A stretch of DNA of 64,000 nucleotides from a virus (IMGVR_UViG_3300037067_004891:128001-192000), one strand, 5' to 3'. Counted from the first letter of the stretch, positions 52,985 through 62,006 are shown. The notes: a model not told the origin generated them from the sequence alone. A program made the numbers and translations.

Positions 52985-53351
52985 TATCTTCCTTAGGTGA
53001 GTGAACACACAAAAATGAGGGTTGACACAACTATTCGCATTGCAATCGCCTTCTTCATGTTCGGTGAGTGAACACACAAAAATGAGGGTTGACACAACCA
53101 AGTATAAACCCGTTGTGCTTCATCATTAGGTGAGTGAACACACAAAAATGAGGGTTGACACAACTGGTGTATTGCGTTTCTCTATTATGTGGGCAGGTGA
53201 GTGAATATACAAAAATGAGGGTTGACACAACATTAGAGAGTTTATAAATGCGAAAAAAGGGGGTGAGTGAATATACAAAAATGAGGGTTGACACAACTGT
53301 TCTATGGTGGTTCAACAGACAACACATTGGTGAGTGAACACACAAAATGAG
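52864..53351 (+). CRISPR. CRISPR-like array 1: 7 full 36-nt repeats, 1 truncated repeat, 7 unique spacers (30,30,31,30,31,30,31 nt)
   Basis: GGTGAGTGAACACACAAAAATGAGGGTTGACACAAC at 52864, 52930, 52996, 53063, 53129; variant GAATATAC at 53196 and 53262; 5' part only at 53329. Confidence 0.95.
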
Positions 53352-53732
53352 TGAACTTTTAAAAATTAACAAAACAAATTATAATAAATTCAAAATGAAT
53401 TCGACTGATGAAAAAATGTTGGAATTGTGTTTTGCACAAATTAAATCTTATTTTAAAGATGAAAAAGATTTAGAATTGTATAAAAAATTAACTGACCCCC
53501 CCATTCTATTGGTGGTAGATTACGTAACGAATTAAATCTATGGCATGACAGTGTAATTGCAAAATGGTTTAAATCATTAGGTATATATCACGGTGATGAT
53601 ATGTCTGGAATTATATTAGTTTCTTATCATCGAAAGTTAAATGATATACCTATAAATTTGGAAGAACAAGTTAAACACTATAAAGATTGGTGGGCTAAAT
53701 CAGAAGAATACCGATATGGACAAAAAAACTAA
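53347..53732 (+). pseudogene. DUF6794-like gene frameshifted at a C7 tract (53496-53502)
   Basis: Shifted frame reads HSIGGRLRNELNLWHDS...LGIYHGDDMSGIILVSYHRKLN...QVKHYKDWW. Confidence 0.65.
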
Positions 53733-54051
53733 AAGATACGTAAAACTTCACGAATTAAACAAATCTGAAGAACGATTAGAAATCGAAAGAACTCATACAC
53801 TTCACATGGGTATTGTAGATGATGAAGGTGTGGAAGGAATCGTAGAAATTGATAAAAAAAATCCAGATCAAAACGATATAAATCGATGGAACTTCGTTGT
53901 CGAATGAATGGACAGAGGAATGACATTGTTTGTGGTTTCTGGGTTGATAATATCATGTTACCTCATATAAAAAATAAAACAAATTCTGAAACTTCACAAA
54001 ACTATTTGAAAAAAATAGCATATAAGATATAAATTAAAACATTTTATATCT

Positions 54052-54345
54052 ATGGATAATATTTCAGGAAATGTGAATTACACAGAGATGACAGATGAGT
54101 TTCAGAAAAGAAAAAATAAAGAAACTCCAAAAGAAAAAACAAGTTCAATCCAAAATTATAACAAAAAAGAGTTCACAAAAGTTTTAAAAGAATTAACAAC
54201 AAATTTTTATAAGGTATTAGAAAATAGTGAGAAACTTTATGAAATGAGAAGTTTAAAAGAATTAAACGATTTCAAAGTAACTGTCAAATCAGTCGAAAGA
54301 GATTTAAATAAAGTTCACGATATAAACGAAAAAAGTGGGGAATGA
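54052..54345 (+). CDS. Hypothetical protein
   Basis: 97-aa ORF ending at the terminator. Confidence 0.55.
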   Translation: MDNISGNVNYTEMTDEFQKRKNKETPKEKTSSIQNYNKKEFTKVLKELTTNFYKVLENSEKLYEMRSLKELNDFKVTVKSVERDLNKVHDINEKSGE

Positions 54346-54365
54346 CCATGACCCCCACTTTTTTT
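54330..54365. terminator. Bidirectional terminator between convergent genes
   Basis: AAAAAGTGGGG...CCCCACTTTTTTT. Confidence 0.7.
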
Positions 54366-54387
54366 ATTATACAATATCACTTATTAA

Positions 54388-54759
54388 TTATCGAAGAAGT
54401 GCTTGTAATTCTTCCTCAGACATATCTCTAAGTTTACCTTCTCTTTTTTCTGCAATTAAAGTAAGAATCTTTTGATTATGTGCTTTATCTTCAGCAGCAT
54501 TTCTAAGTTCTTCGGCCTCTTTATTCTTAGTAAGATATACATCTTTCAGAATATCGAAACGAAGCTGATTTTCAACATCAACAACCTTGGTATCTTCAAG
54601 GAACGACAATTCATCATCATCGCTCTTTTTCAACACCTTTTTAACTGCTTTTATAGCATTTGAAAGTTCAATTTGAGATAAATCCCAAAGTTGTTCCACT
54701 GATAAGTTTCCTTTACCAGTTAAAACTCTTAATCCTAATTTTGAAGCCTCTTTATACAT
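54388..54759 (-). CDS. Phage coiled-coil protein
   Basis: KGNLSVEQLWDL...LRFDILKDV...MSEEEL. Confidence 0.7.
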   Translation of the reverse strand: MYKEASKLGLRVLTGKGNLSVEQLWDLSQIELSNAIKAVKKVLKKSDDDELSFLEDTKVVDVENQLRFDILKDVYLTKNKEAEELRNAAEDKAHNQKILTLIAEKREGKLRDMSEEELQALLR

Positions 54760-54804
54760 ACGTTTTAATTTTTAATTATTATACTTAATTTTTAAAATTT
54801 TATT

Positions 54805-55368
54805 TCAATGATGTCTTCTTGAACTATTTTCACTAACAGATATCCATCTACAATTTTCAGGTGTATAATTTCCATCGGAATTAATTCTATCTATTGATAA
54901 TTTATCTTTAAATGGTGTGTTTTTTGGCTGTTTAAAATAACCATTACTAATTGACCAATCCCTAAATTTTGTGAAATCGTTTAACTATTCATTACAAACT
55001 ATAATACCTTTACCACCATAATTATGATATTTGAGTGATTTTGGATTATAACATCTTTGTTTAATAGTATTCCAAACAAAAAATAAAGATTTATATTCAT
55101 TATATCCATTGGGTGTATTACCATGTGTTTTTGAATTTTCACCAATTCTTTCACCATTCACCTCTTTCATATAACAACCACAAGACACACTTCTATTATT
55201 CCTTAATGAATATAATAATACATTTGAGATATTACCACATTCACATATACATATGAATACTCTACAAAGTTTTCCACAAGGTTGTCTATGAGATGGTGCT
55301 TCTTTTAATATAGACCATCTTCCAAATTTTTGACCTGAAATTATCAAGATTGGTTTAGCCATTACCAA
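54805..55368 (-). pseudogene. HNH-type endonuclease with in-frame TAG at 54985-54987
   Basis: GQKFGRW, C.CECG, SCGC, RCYNP...YGGKGI.VCNE*LNDF..F.DW...SIDRINSDGNYTPENCRW. Confidence 0.8.
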
Positions 55369-57520
55369 ATTTAACTTTTATTGTTCGTTTAAATGAACCA
55401 GAAAGTTTTAAAATTACACACTCAGAAACAGTAGCATTAAATCCAACACCTGATAATTGTTTTTCAGTAGGTTCAATCATGGTAGTGTTACCTAATACTT
55501 CAAGAACCTTACGATGTTTAGCCAGTTCAGGTATCAAGTTTTCATTATGAAAACTACGAATATTCACAGGGCATTTACAACCGTCAAGCATGATCAAATA
55601 ATGTTTATTACCTACATTATTATCACCCCAATGATTAGGACTTAGACACACCAAATTAACTTTATGAAATTCATTTGTTTGTAAACCATAAAGTTCTTTA
55701 GATGATGCAATTTCAGGTAGTAAATGCATAATGCTAAATTCCCCATTATTCAAAGTAACTTCAGCTACTTGTACATTGCCTGATACGGGTTTATTATATT
55801 CATAAGAATAATTTTCGCCCCCGAATTCAATTTCAGCTTTGAATCCTTTAGAACCCCTGCTGGCATATTGGTTAATCCACAATTTGTAAACACCATCTTT
55901 CATTCTTTTGATATCAGTCCAAGCGATATTCTCAACAATATTTTTATTACTAAAATTATTAGGTTGAGTTATATCAATATCCAACTGTCCAGACATAGAA
56001 GTTCTATGATTTCCTCTGTCTTTTCTGTAATCAGACGAATAATAAATATGAGTACCATTTGGTTCTTGTGCATGAGCATCTAAATCGGAATTATCTGTTG
56101 GGTCATTTTCTGCCCACATAATAGAGAAACGCAATACACCATCAACCTTACCACCTTTAGCTTCAACAGCATCTTTAATCATCGATTTACCAGCCAAGTT
56201 ACCATTGAATGTCCAACTGTAATTGTTATTCCATTTGAATATAGGTTTGCTTTCTTTATTGTTAGCTGTTGTTAAAGAAACAAGATTACCTTCATATTTG
56301 TTAGACAAATACGCTTCAACTGAAGTACACGAAGGAAGAACATCCGACATAAACTTTTCAATAGTTACTTCTTCCACATTATCAAATTCACTTCCTTTGT
56401 GACGAGTAGAAGTCGATTTAACATTGTCGAATATAGAAACAGTTTTTAATTTACCGTCTCCAACATTGATGTGTTTAATTTCCGAAACTTTAATATCATC
56501 AATTGTGGCAAATCTTCTATTAAAAGATTCTTCATAACCATTTTCTTCAACGAATTTTTTAGCTTCTTCAATTTGTTTCTTGGTAATCGGAGCAACAGTT
56601 TTCATATAATTAACTGGGTCAACTCTTTTATTCCAAGACTGACATGCTTTGTTTAAATCTTCCCCCTCTGCCAATTCGGTGCATAAAGTACCAATTAATT
56701 CATTTTTGAACTTAGCAAATGGAAGTTTATAACTGTTAACCCAACACCAATTATCCCTTTTATCCTCGGATAATTTATCATATTGTTCCTTTAATGGTAT
56801 GATTTGATGTAATTTATACAAATGAGTTTGTCCATCCAGCAGTGAACCTTGGTTAATAAGGTCTTTCACCAGATTGAGTGTATCAAGCGGTATCACTTGC
56901 ATAGCCTTTTGAAAAACATTTTTGGCATCTCGATAATTAGCCATTATTTTTTCAACTGAATCATCACCCATATCTACAAATACCCTTGGTAGATTAAGAT
57001 GTAAATGATTAAATGTTCTAATTTCTTCAGGTTTAACTATGAAAGAATCATCTGAATTTTTATACAATTCAGCTTCATCTTTTGTGTATTGCTTTACGTT
57101 TTTGTCAATACCCAATCTGAAAATTTCATTTGTTTTAGAACATTTCTCATAAGGTAAAGAATTTAGCTCGCTGAAAGTTTCAAAGAAAACACCCGAAACC
57201 GTAGCCGATTTTAGTTTAGAATCTACCACTTTAGCTACTGCACTGTATTCTTCATTTGCATCAACATCAAACATCGTAACAACATTGAGATTTTCATCAA
57301 TGGCAACGATATTACCATATCTACGAATAAAGTTATTACAGTGATTACAGTTATGTGAAGAACTGTCTGGACTTCTGAATATGGGATTGTGTTCTTTTGG
57401 AAAACTTTTAATATACAAATCCCACACTTCTTGACCAGTCAACGAACTACGAAATAACTTACCCGTTTCACACATCTTGTTGAATTGGGCTTGAATTAGT
57501 TTGTTAAACTCAATCATCAC
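55355..57520 (-). CDS. Large hypothetical protein (721 aa) carrying the protospacer of spacer 5
   Basis: HNCNHC, LRFSIMW...DLDAH..EP, LDID, VENIAW, SPNHW. Confidence 0.8.
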   Translation of the reverse strand: MMIEFNKLIQAQFNKMCETGKLFRSSLTGQEVWDLYIKSFPKEHNPIFRSPDSSSHNCNHCNNFIRRYGNIVAIDENLNVVTMFDVDANEEYSAVAKVVDSKLKSATVSGVFFETFSELNSLPYEKCSKTNEIFRLGIDKNVKQYTKDEAELYKNSDDSFIVKPEEIRTFNHLHLNLPRVFVDMGDDSVEKIMANYRDAKNVFQKAMQVIPLDTLNLVKDLINQGSLLDGQTHLYKLHQIIPLKEQYDKLSEDKRDNWCWVNSYKLPFAKFKNELIGTLCTELAEGEDLNKACQSWNKRVDPVNYMKTVAPITKKQIEEAKKFVEENGYEESFNRRFATIDDIKVSEIKHINVGDGKLKTVSIFDNVKSTSTRHKGSEFDNVEEVTIEKFMSDVLPSCTSVEAYLSNKYEGNLVSLTTANNKESKPIFKWNNNYSWTFNGNLAGKSMIKDAVEAKGGKVDGVLRFSIMWAENDPTDNSDLDAHAQEPNGTHIYYSSDYRKDRGNHRTSMSGQLDIDITQPNNFSNKNIVENIAWTDIKRMKDGVYKLWINQYASRGSKGFKAEIEFGGENYSYEYNKPVSGNVQVAEVTLNNGEFSIMHLLPEIASSKELYGLQTNEFHKVNLVCLSPNHWGDNNVGNKHYLIMLDGCKCPVNIRSFHNENLIPELAKHRKVLEVLGNTTMIEPTEKQLSGVGFNATVSECVILKLSGSFKRTIKVKFGNG
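56111..56141 (-). other. Protospacer identical to array-1 spacer 5
   Basis: Plus strand TGCCCACATAATAGAGAAACGCAATACACCA is the exact reverse complement of 53165-53195. Confidence 0.97.
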
Positions 57521-57668
57521 TTTTTATTTATTAAATTATTACTGTCCAGTACTACTACAATTTCATAACTGGAATTATTAATATACAAATGTATAATAAA
57601 AAATAATATACACATGATAAGTATCTTTATTTTTTTTTATATATACCTAAAAAATATTAATAAAAATA

Positions 57669-58160
57669 ATGTTGAAATATATTGATTTTATAAATGAAGA
57701 AGTTTCCCACGCTGATTATCTTAGTTGGAAAAGAAAAAATGTAACTATAAGAGGAATAAGAGATGTTTATGCTGAAGATAATGGTGGTTCAGCTATGTTA
57801 GGTAGAGGTTTATACACAGCAGCTTTATCAAACAAAGCTCTTGCAAAACAATATGGAACAGTACAATTTGTATTTAATGCCATACCTAAAAATCCAAAAA
57901 TATTCAATACTTTAAACGACTGGGAAGTGTGGTTTTATAATACATTAGTTTTTAAATTTTCCAAAGAACAAGGAAAAGATTATCCTGATAAGAGAGATTT
58001 TGAATCTAAATCATCCATTGAAGCTGAGATGATGAAACTCGGATATGATGGTGTAATTATTAAGGGACGTGAAATGGTAAACTATAAACCAGAGAATGTT
58101 TTATATTTTCAAACAGAACAGCAGTTAGAAAATTACTATTATTTCTTAAATGAAAAATAA
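57669..58160 (+). CDS. ADP-ribosyltransferase-like putative virion protein
   Basis: LKYIDFINE motif; TIRG...LGRGLYT...AKQYG...GYDGVII..EMV. Confidence 0.5.
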   Translation: MLKYIDFINEEVSHADYLSWKRKNVTIRGIRDVYAEDNGGSAMLGRGLYTAALSNKALAKQYGTVQFVFNAIPKNPKIFNTLNDWEVWFYNTLVFKFSKEQGKDYPDKRDFESKSSIEAEMMKLGYDGVIIKGREMVNYKPENVLYFQTEQQLENYYYFLNEK

Positions 58161-58197
58161 TATTTTTTTTTTAATATATACAAAAAAAAGTTTACAC

Positions 58198-58791
58198 ATG
58201 AAATATATCAAACCATTTTTATTAATAACCGAATCAACTACATTCGAATCTGAATATGCTCAGAAATATAAACCAGAAGGTTATAATTTAATAGCAAGAA
58301 ATGAATCGTATTGGGGATGGGAATATGATACTTCCTATAAATATGCTTTTCTTTATATGAACGATGCTGGTCTTTTAATTTTAAAAATCATAAATGTACA
58401 TATAAAGAGTGGGATTGGTGCTGGAACAAGAGTGTCGTCACTTTTTGAAGGGAAAGTTGGAAATATTAATAAACCTGATATTAAAACAATTCAAGAAAAT
58501 CTTAAAAAATTCGGTCATGATAAATCGAGAGCTGGTTGGCCATTTAGTAGAAATAATTGGATGTCTGTATATTCTGAAGAAAAAATGACACTTGGTGATA
58601 TATTAAAAGATCCCAAAACATCAAGAATGGCTAAAGTTGCAAACATATTAAAAGATGAAACAACAATAAAAAATAAACCAGAAGCATCTGGTGAAAACCG
58701 TGAAAAAATATCATTCATATATAATAATTTAGATAAATTAGATAATTTATCTGATGTTGAACTTGATGATATTATATCTAAATTAAAATAA
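58198..58791 (+). CDS. Hypothetical putative virion protein (start revised to MKYIKPF)
   Basis: TAATATATA at 58172 precedes ATG 58198; MKYIKPFLLITE motif. Confidence 0.55.
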   Translation: MKYIKPFLLITESTTFESEYAQKYKPEGYNLIARNESYWGWEYDTSYKYAFLYMNDAGLLILKIINVHIKSGIGAGTRVSSLFEGKVGNINKPDIKTIQENLKKFGHDKSRAGWPFSRNNWMSVYSEEKMTLGDILKDPKTSRMAKVANILKDETTIKNKPEASGENREKISFIYNNLDKLDNLSDVELDDIISKLK

Positions 58792-58795
58792 AAAT

Positions 58796-59479
58796 ATGAA
58801 ACATATAAATTCTTTTTCCGATTATAATTCATTAAACGAAAGCATATCAACTGTTTATAATGATAGAGATAAAATACCTGTTATTACTGATATTGAAGGT
58901 GCAATAAAATTATTTACTGACGGGGTTGATGAATTTAGATATTTAGATTTTTTGTTTGCAATTAATAGAGAAAAACTTACAATGGGCATTTTAAAATTGA
59001 CACCCAAGGGAAAATATTCTGGATATAAGGTTGTTCAAAATTATAGATATGGTAAAATTGAAAGAATAACAGAGGTTATAACACAATTTATACAGAAAGA
59101 AATTGATTTTGCAAATAGAAAAGAAGAAGAAAAAACCAAGAAACAACAGCTCCGTAAAGATATAGTGAATCCATTTAAATTGGGTGATTTACTTTATAGT
59201 TCTTGGGGATATGAACAAACAAATGTCGATTTTTATCAAGTGACAAAAGTTGGGGATAAATCAGTTTGGGTAAGACCAATCGCAAGTGAAATGGTTGAAG
59301 GCACTGCTGGACATGACAGCTCCAATGTTAGACCTATTAAAGATGATTTCAGAGGCGAAGAAGTATATAAACCATTGGTTGTTTCAACATATTCAGATAA
59401 ACCATGTCTCGGTGGCCGTTATCCACTTCGTCCATACACAAGTGGGGATAAAGGTGTTTATTCATCTTGGGGATATTAA
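58796..59479 (+). CDS. Hypothetical protein
   Basis: MKHINSFSDY..LNE motif; GDLLYSSWGYEQTNVDFYQV. Confidence 0.65.
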   Translation: MKHINSFSDYNSLNESISTVYNDRDKIPVITDIEGAIKLFTDGVDEFRYLDFLFAINREKLTMGILKLTPKGKYSGYKVVQNYRYGKIERITEVITQFIQKEIDFANRKEEEKTKKQQLRKDIVNPFKLGDLLYSSWGYEQTNVDFYQVTKVGDKSVWVRPIASEMVEGTAGHDSSNVRPIKDDFRGEEVYKPLVVSTYSDKPCLGGRYPLRPYTSGDKGVYSSWGY

Positions 59480-59501
59480 ACAAATTACATAATTACATAA
59501 T

Positions 59502-59535
59502 AAATGCACGATTATACATACTATCGTGCATTTTT
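59502..59535 (+). terminator. Intrinsic terminator
   Basis: AAATGCACGAT...ATCGTGCATTTTT. Confidence 0.7.
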
Positions 59536-59601
59536 CATTTTATATACACATGATTTTTTTATTAAAAAAATATTATTTATTTTTATAACAAATTATTTTA
59601 T

Positions 59602-60105
59602 ATGTTAGACATAAAAATATACAAACAAAAAACTCATTACACTTGTGGTTGTGCCACACTTCAAATGGTATTGGAATATTTCAATATGTCAGTTCCTTCA
59701 GAAGAAGAAAAGATTTCTTTATTGGGAACTAAACCAGAAGAAGGTACAGCATATGAATCTTTAGTAAATGGTGCTAAAAGTTTAGGTTTACAATGTCAAT
59801 TCGGTGAAAATGGAGATTTCGATAAATTAAATGAATATATAGAAGATGGATGGCTTCCTATTATCGCTTATAGTCTGGATGCCCCTCATTATTCAGTTTT
59901 TCTTGGGCATAATGGAAACCACATCAGATTGGCTGACCCCTTCTCAGGTCAAAACCAACATTATCTTATAAAAAAATTTATAAGAAATCAATGGAAAGTA
60001 GATGAGAAAGATTATAAACAGATAATTCAAGAATTTGGGTTATCTTTCAGTTATAATATAAACACTGTTAAATGGTGGGCTATTTTTAAAAAAATGAACA
60101 AGTGA
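59602..60105 (+). CDS. C39-family cysteine peptidase-like protein
   Basis: Q...TCGCATLQMVL.YF, GT...L, HYSV, LADP. Confidence 0.82.
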   Translation: MLDIKIYKQKTHYTCGCATLQMVLEYFNMSVPSEEEKISLLGTKPEEGTAYESLVNGAKSLGLQCQFGENGDFDKLNEYIEDGWLPIIAYSLDAPHYSVFLGHNGNHIRLADPFSGQNQHYLIKKFIRNQWKVDEKDYKQIIQEFGLSFSYNINTVKWWAIFKKMNK

Positions 60106-60597
60106 ACAAATCATTATGTTGTAATTCCGAAACAAAGGTTGGGAGTTACGATATGTCCCAACGACCTGATATTCATGGACATTTTGTACATGGATTGACA
60201 CAAGCAGTTCCAGTTAATGGAACATATTGCACTAAATGTGGAAAACTATGTGATTACAAAGACACAGAAGAAGGTATCAATTATCTTACAAATGACCAGA
60301 TTAAATGGAATACACTAAGACCATAATAAATACCACATATACTATTTCTGATTCAGGAGTCGTCAAAAACAAAATGGGTCGTATAATAAAACCTCAAATT
60401 AGGGGTTCTAATACGACTTTTTTATTAACAGATGAAAATAAAAATATTATTTGTTATCGTTTAGAAAAATTACTCAATATTTATTTCGGTGTTGAAGAAA
60501 AAATAATAGATCATATTTCTGATTTACCAGAAGAAATTTGGAAGCCAGTTTTAAATTTTGAAGAATTATATGAAATATCCAATTGTGGACGGGTTAA

Positions 60598-62006
60598 CCA
60601 ACTGCTAACAAAAATATAATAAAATCTACAAATATTTAATAAAATTAAAACAAAACGTTTTAATTTTAATATAAATTTAATGTTAAAAGCGATAAAAATA
60701 AGGTTGTACCCTAATAAAAATCAAGAAGTTTATATTAATAAACTTCTTGGTTGTTACCGCTTTATGTATAATAAATGCTTAGAGTTAAAGAAAAATAAAT
60801 ATACTGAAGAAAATATTTCTTTAGGTTTAAAAGATTTAGGAAAACATTTTCATCAAAATTTAACTAAAAATAATGATTATATTTTTCTTAAAGAACACAA
60901 TACCAAGGTTTTAAAACAAGCAATTATTAATCTTTTAGATTCTTACAAAAACTTTTTCATAAATGGAACTGGTTTTCCTAAATTTAAATCAAAGAAAGAC
61001 AACAAACATTCTTGTAGGTTTCCAGCAGAAAGTGTAAGTAAAAAGAATAATTATTTATCTGGGAAATTAACTTTAACCAGTCAAATTAAAGATATAAAAT
61101 TCAAATGTTCAGATAATTATAAAAATTATTTAGATAAATATAAAAATAATATTCGGTCAGCTACTCTTACTAAAACTGCTTCTGGAAATTATTTTTTAAG
61201 CGTTTTAGTTGATGGAAATATTGAAAAACAACTACCCAAACCTATAAATGAAATTGTTGGGATAGATTTGGGAATAAAGGACTTCGTGATTAGCTCCGAA
61301 GGAGCTGTTTACGAAAACCTTAAAACCCAAAGAGCCAACGAGAAGCAGCTCATTAAATTGCAAAAACAACTGTCTAAAAAAGTTATAGGAAGTAGAAACA
61401 GAAACAAAGCAAGAAAAAAATTAGCTAAAAAATATGATAAAATAAATAACAAGAAAGAAAAATATTTACATTTTGTTGCAAACCAATTACTTAATGATAA
61501 TCAAATTATAGTGTTGGAAGATTTAAATGTAAAAGGTATGTTGAAAAATCACTGTCTATCAAAATCAATACAAGAACTGTCACTAAACAGGTTTAAAAAT
61601 ATTTTAAGTTATAAATCTGCCTGGTATGATAGAAATTTAATTGAAGTTGATCGGTGGTTTCCTTCATCAAAGCTCTGTAACTGTTGTGGTTATAAAAAGA
61701 AAGACTTGAAATTAAATGATAGAGTGTGGGTCTGTCCCAACTGTGGGGTCGTTCACGACCGTGATTTTAACGCTGCTATAAATATAAGAGAAGAAGGGAA
61801 AAGAATTTTTAACAGTAAAATAACTGACTTTCAATCAAAAAAAGATTTTCAAGTAGGCAACCGTTTTGCCGAATTTACGCTTGTGGACTCCCCAACTATG
61901 GATGACCCAATCAGAAATGGTTTGCTAAAAAGTAGTGAGAGTGTGAAACAAGAAGAAATATTTTTAACAAATTTGTAATTTTTGTTAGATTTTTTTGAAC
62001 GGTTAA
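60598..62006 (+). mobile_element. TnpB-only IS200/IS605-type element (1409 bp)
   Basis: Boundaries defined by the restored host frame; GGTTAA at both junctions (60592-60597 and 62001-62006). Confidence 0.85.
60680..61978 (+). CDS. tnpB: RNA-guided endonuclease TnpB, intact
   Basis: KAIKIRLYP, GIDLGIK, LEDLNVKGM, FPSSKLCNCC...CPNC...DRDFNAAINI. Confidence 0.95.
   Translation: MLKAIKIRLYPNKNQEVYINKLLGCYRFMYNKCLELKKNKYTEENISLGLKDLGKHFHQNLTKNNDYIFLKEHNTKVLKQAIINLLDSYKNFFINGTGFPKFKSKKDNKHSCRFPAESVSKKNNYLSGKLTLTSQIKDIKFKCSDNYKNYLDKYKNNIRSATLTKTASGNYFLSVLVDGNIEKQLPKPINEIVGIDLGIKDFVISSEGAVYENLKTQRANEKQLIKLQKQLSKKVIGSRNRNKARKKLAKKYDKINNKKEKYLHFVANQLLNDNQIIVLEDLNVKGMLKNHCLSKSIQELSLNRFKNILSYKSAWYDRNLIEVDRWFPSSKLCNCCGYKKKDLKLNDRVWVCPNCGVVHDRDFNAAINIREEGKRIFNSKITDFQSKKDFQVGNRFAEFTLVDSPTMDDPIRNGLLKSSESVKQEEIFLTNL

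Noticed and set aside
52864-53351. Array as a plain protein-coding tandem repeat or a TIGR-type array
   Set aside because: Spacers of 29 and 31 nt break the frame, spacer 2 contains a stop, and one spacer matches a protospacer. The unit is one repeat plus one spacer, not a dual-spacer 36-nt unit.
52842-53372. Minus-strand ORFs 52842..53030 and 53055..53372, and plus-strand ORF 34702..34887
   Set aside because: Translation artefacts of the repeat arrays.
60598-62006. IStron (group I intron plus TnpB) that would splice out of the HNH gene
   Set aside because: Only about 80 nt lie upstream of tnpB, too little for a ribozyme core, and no junction placement gives exon-U with intron-terminal G.
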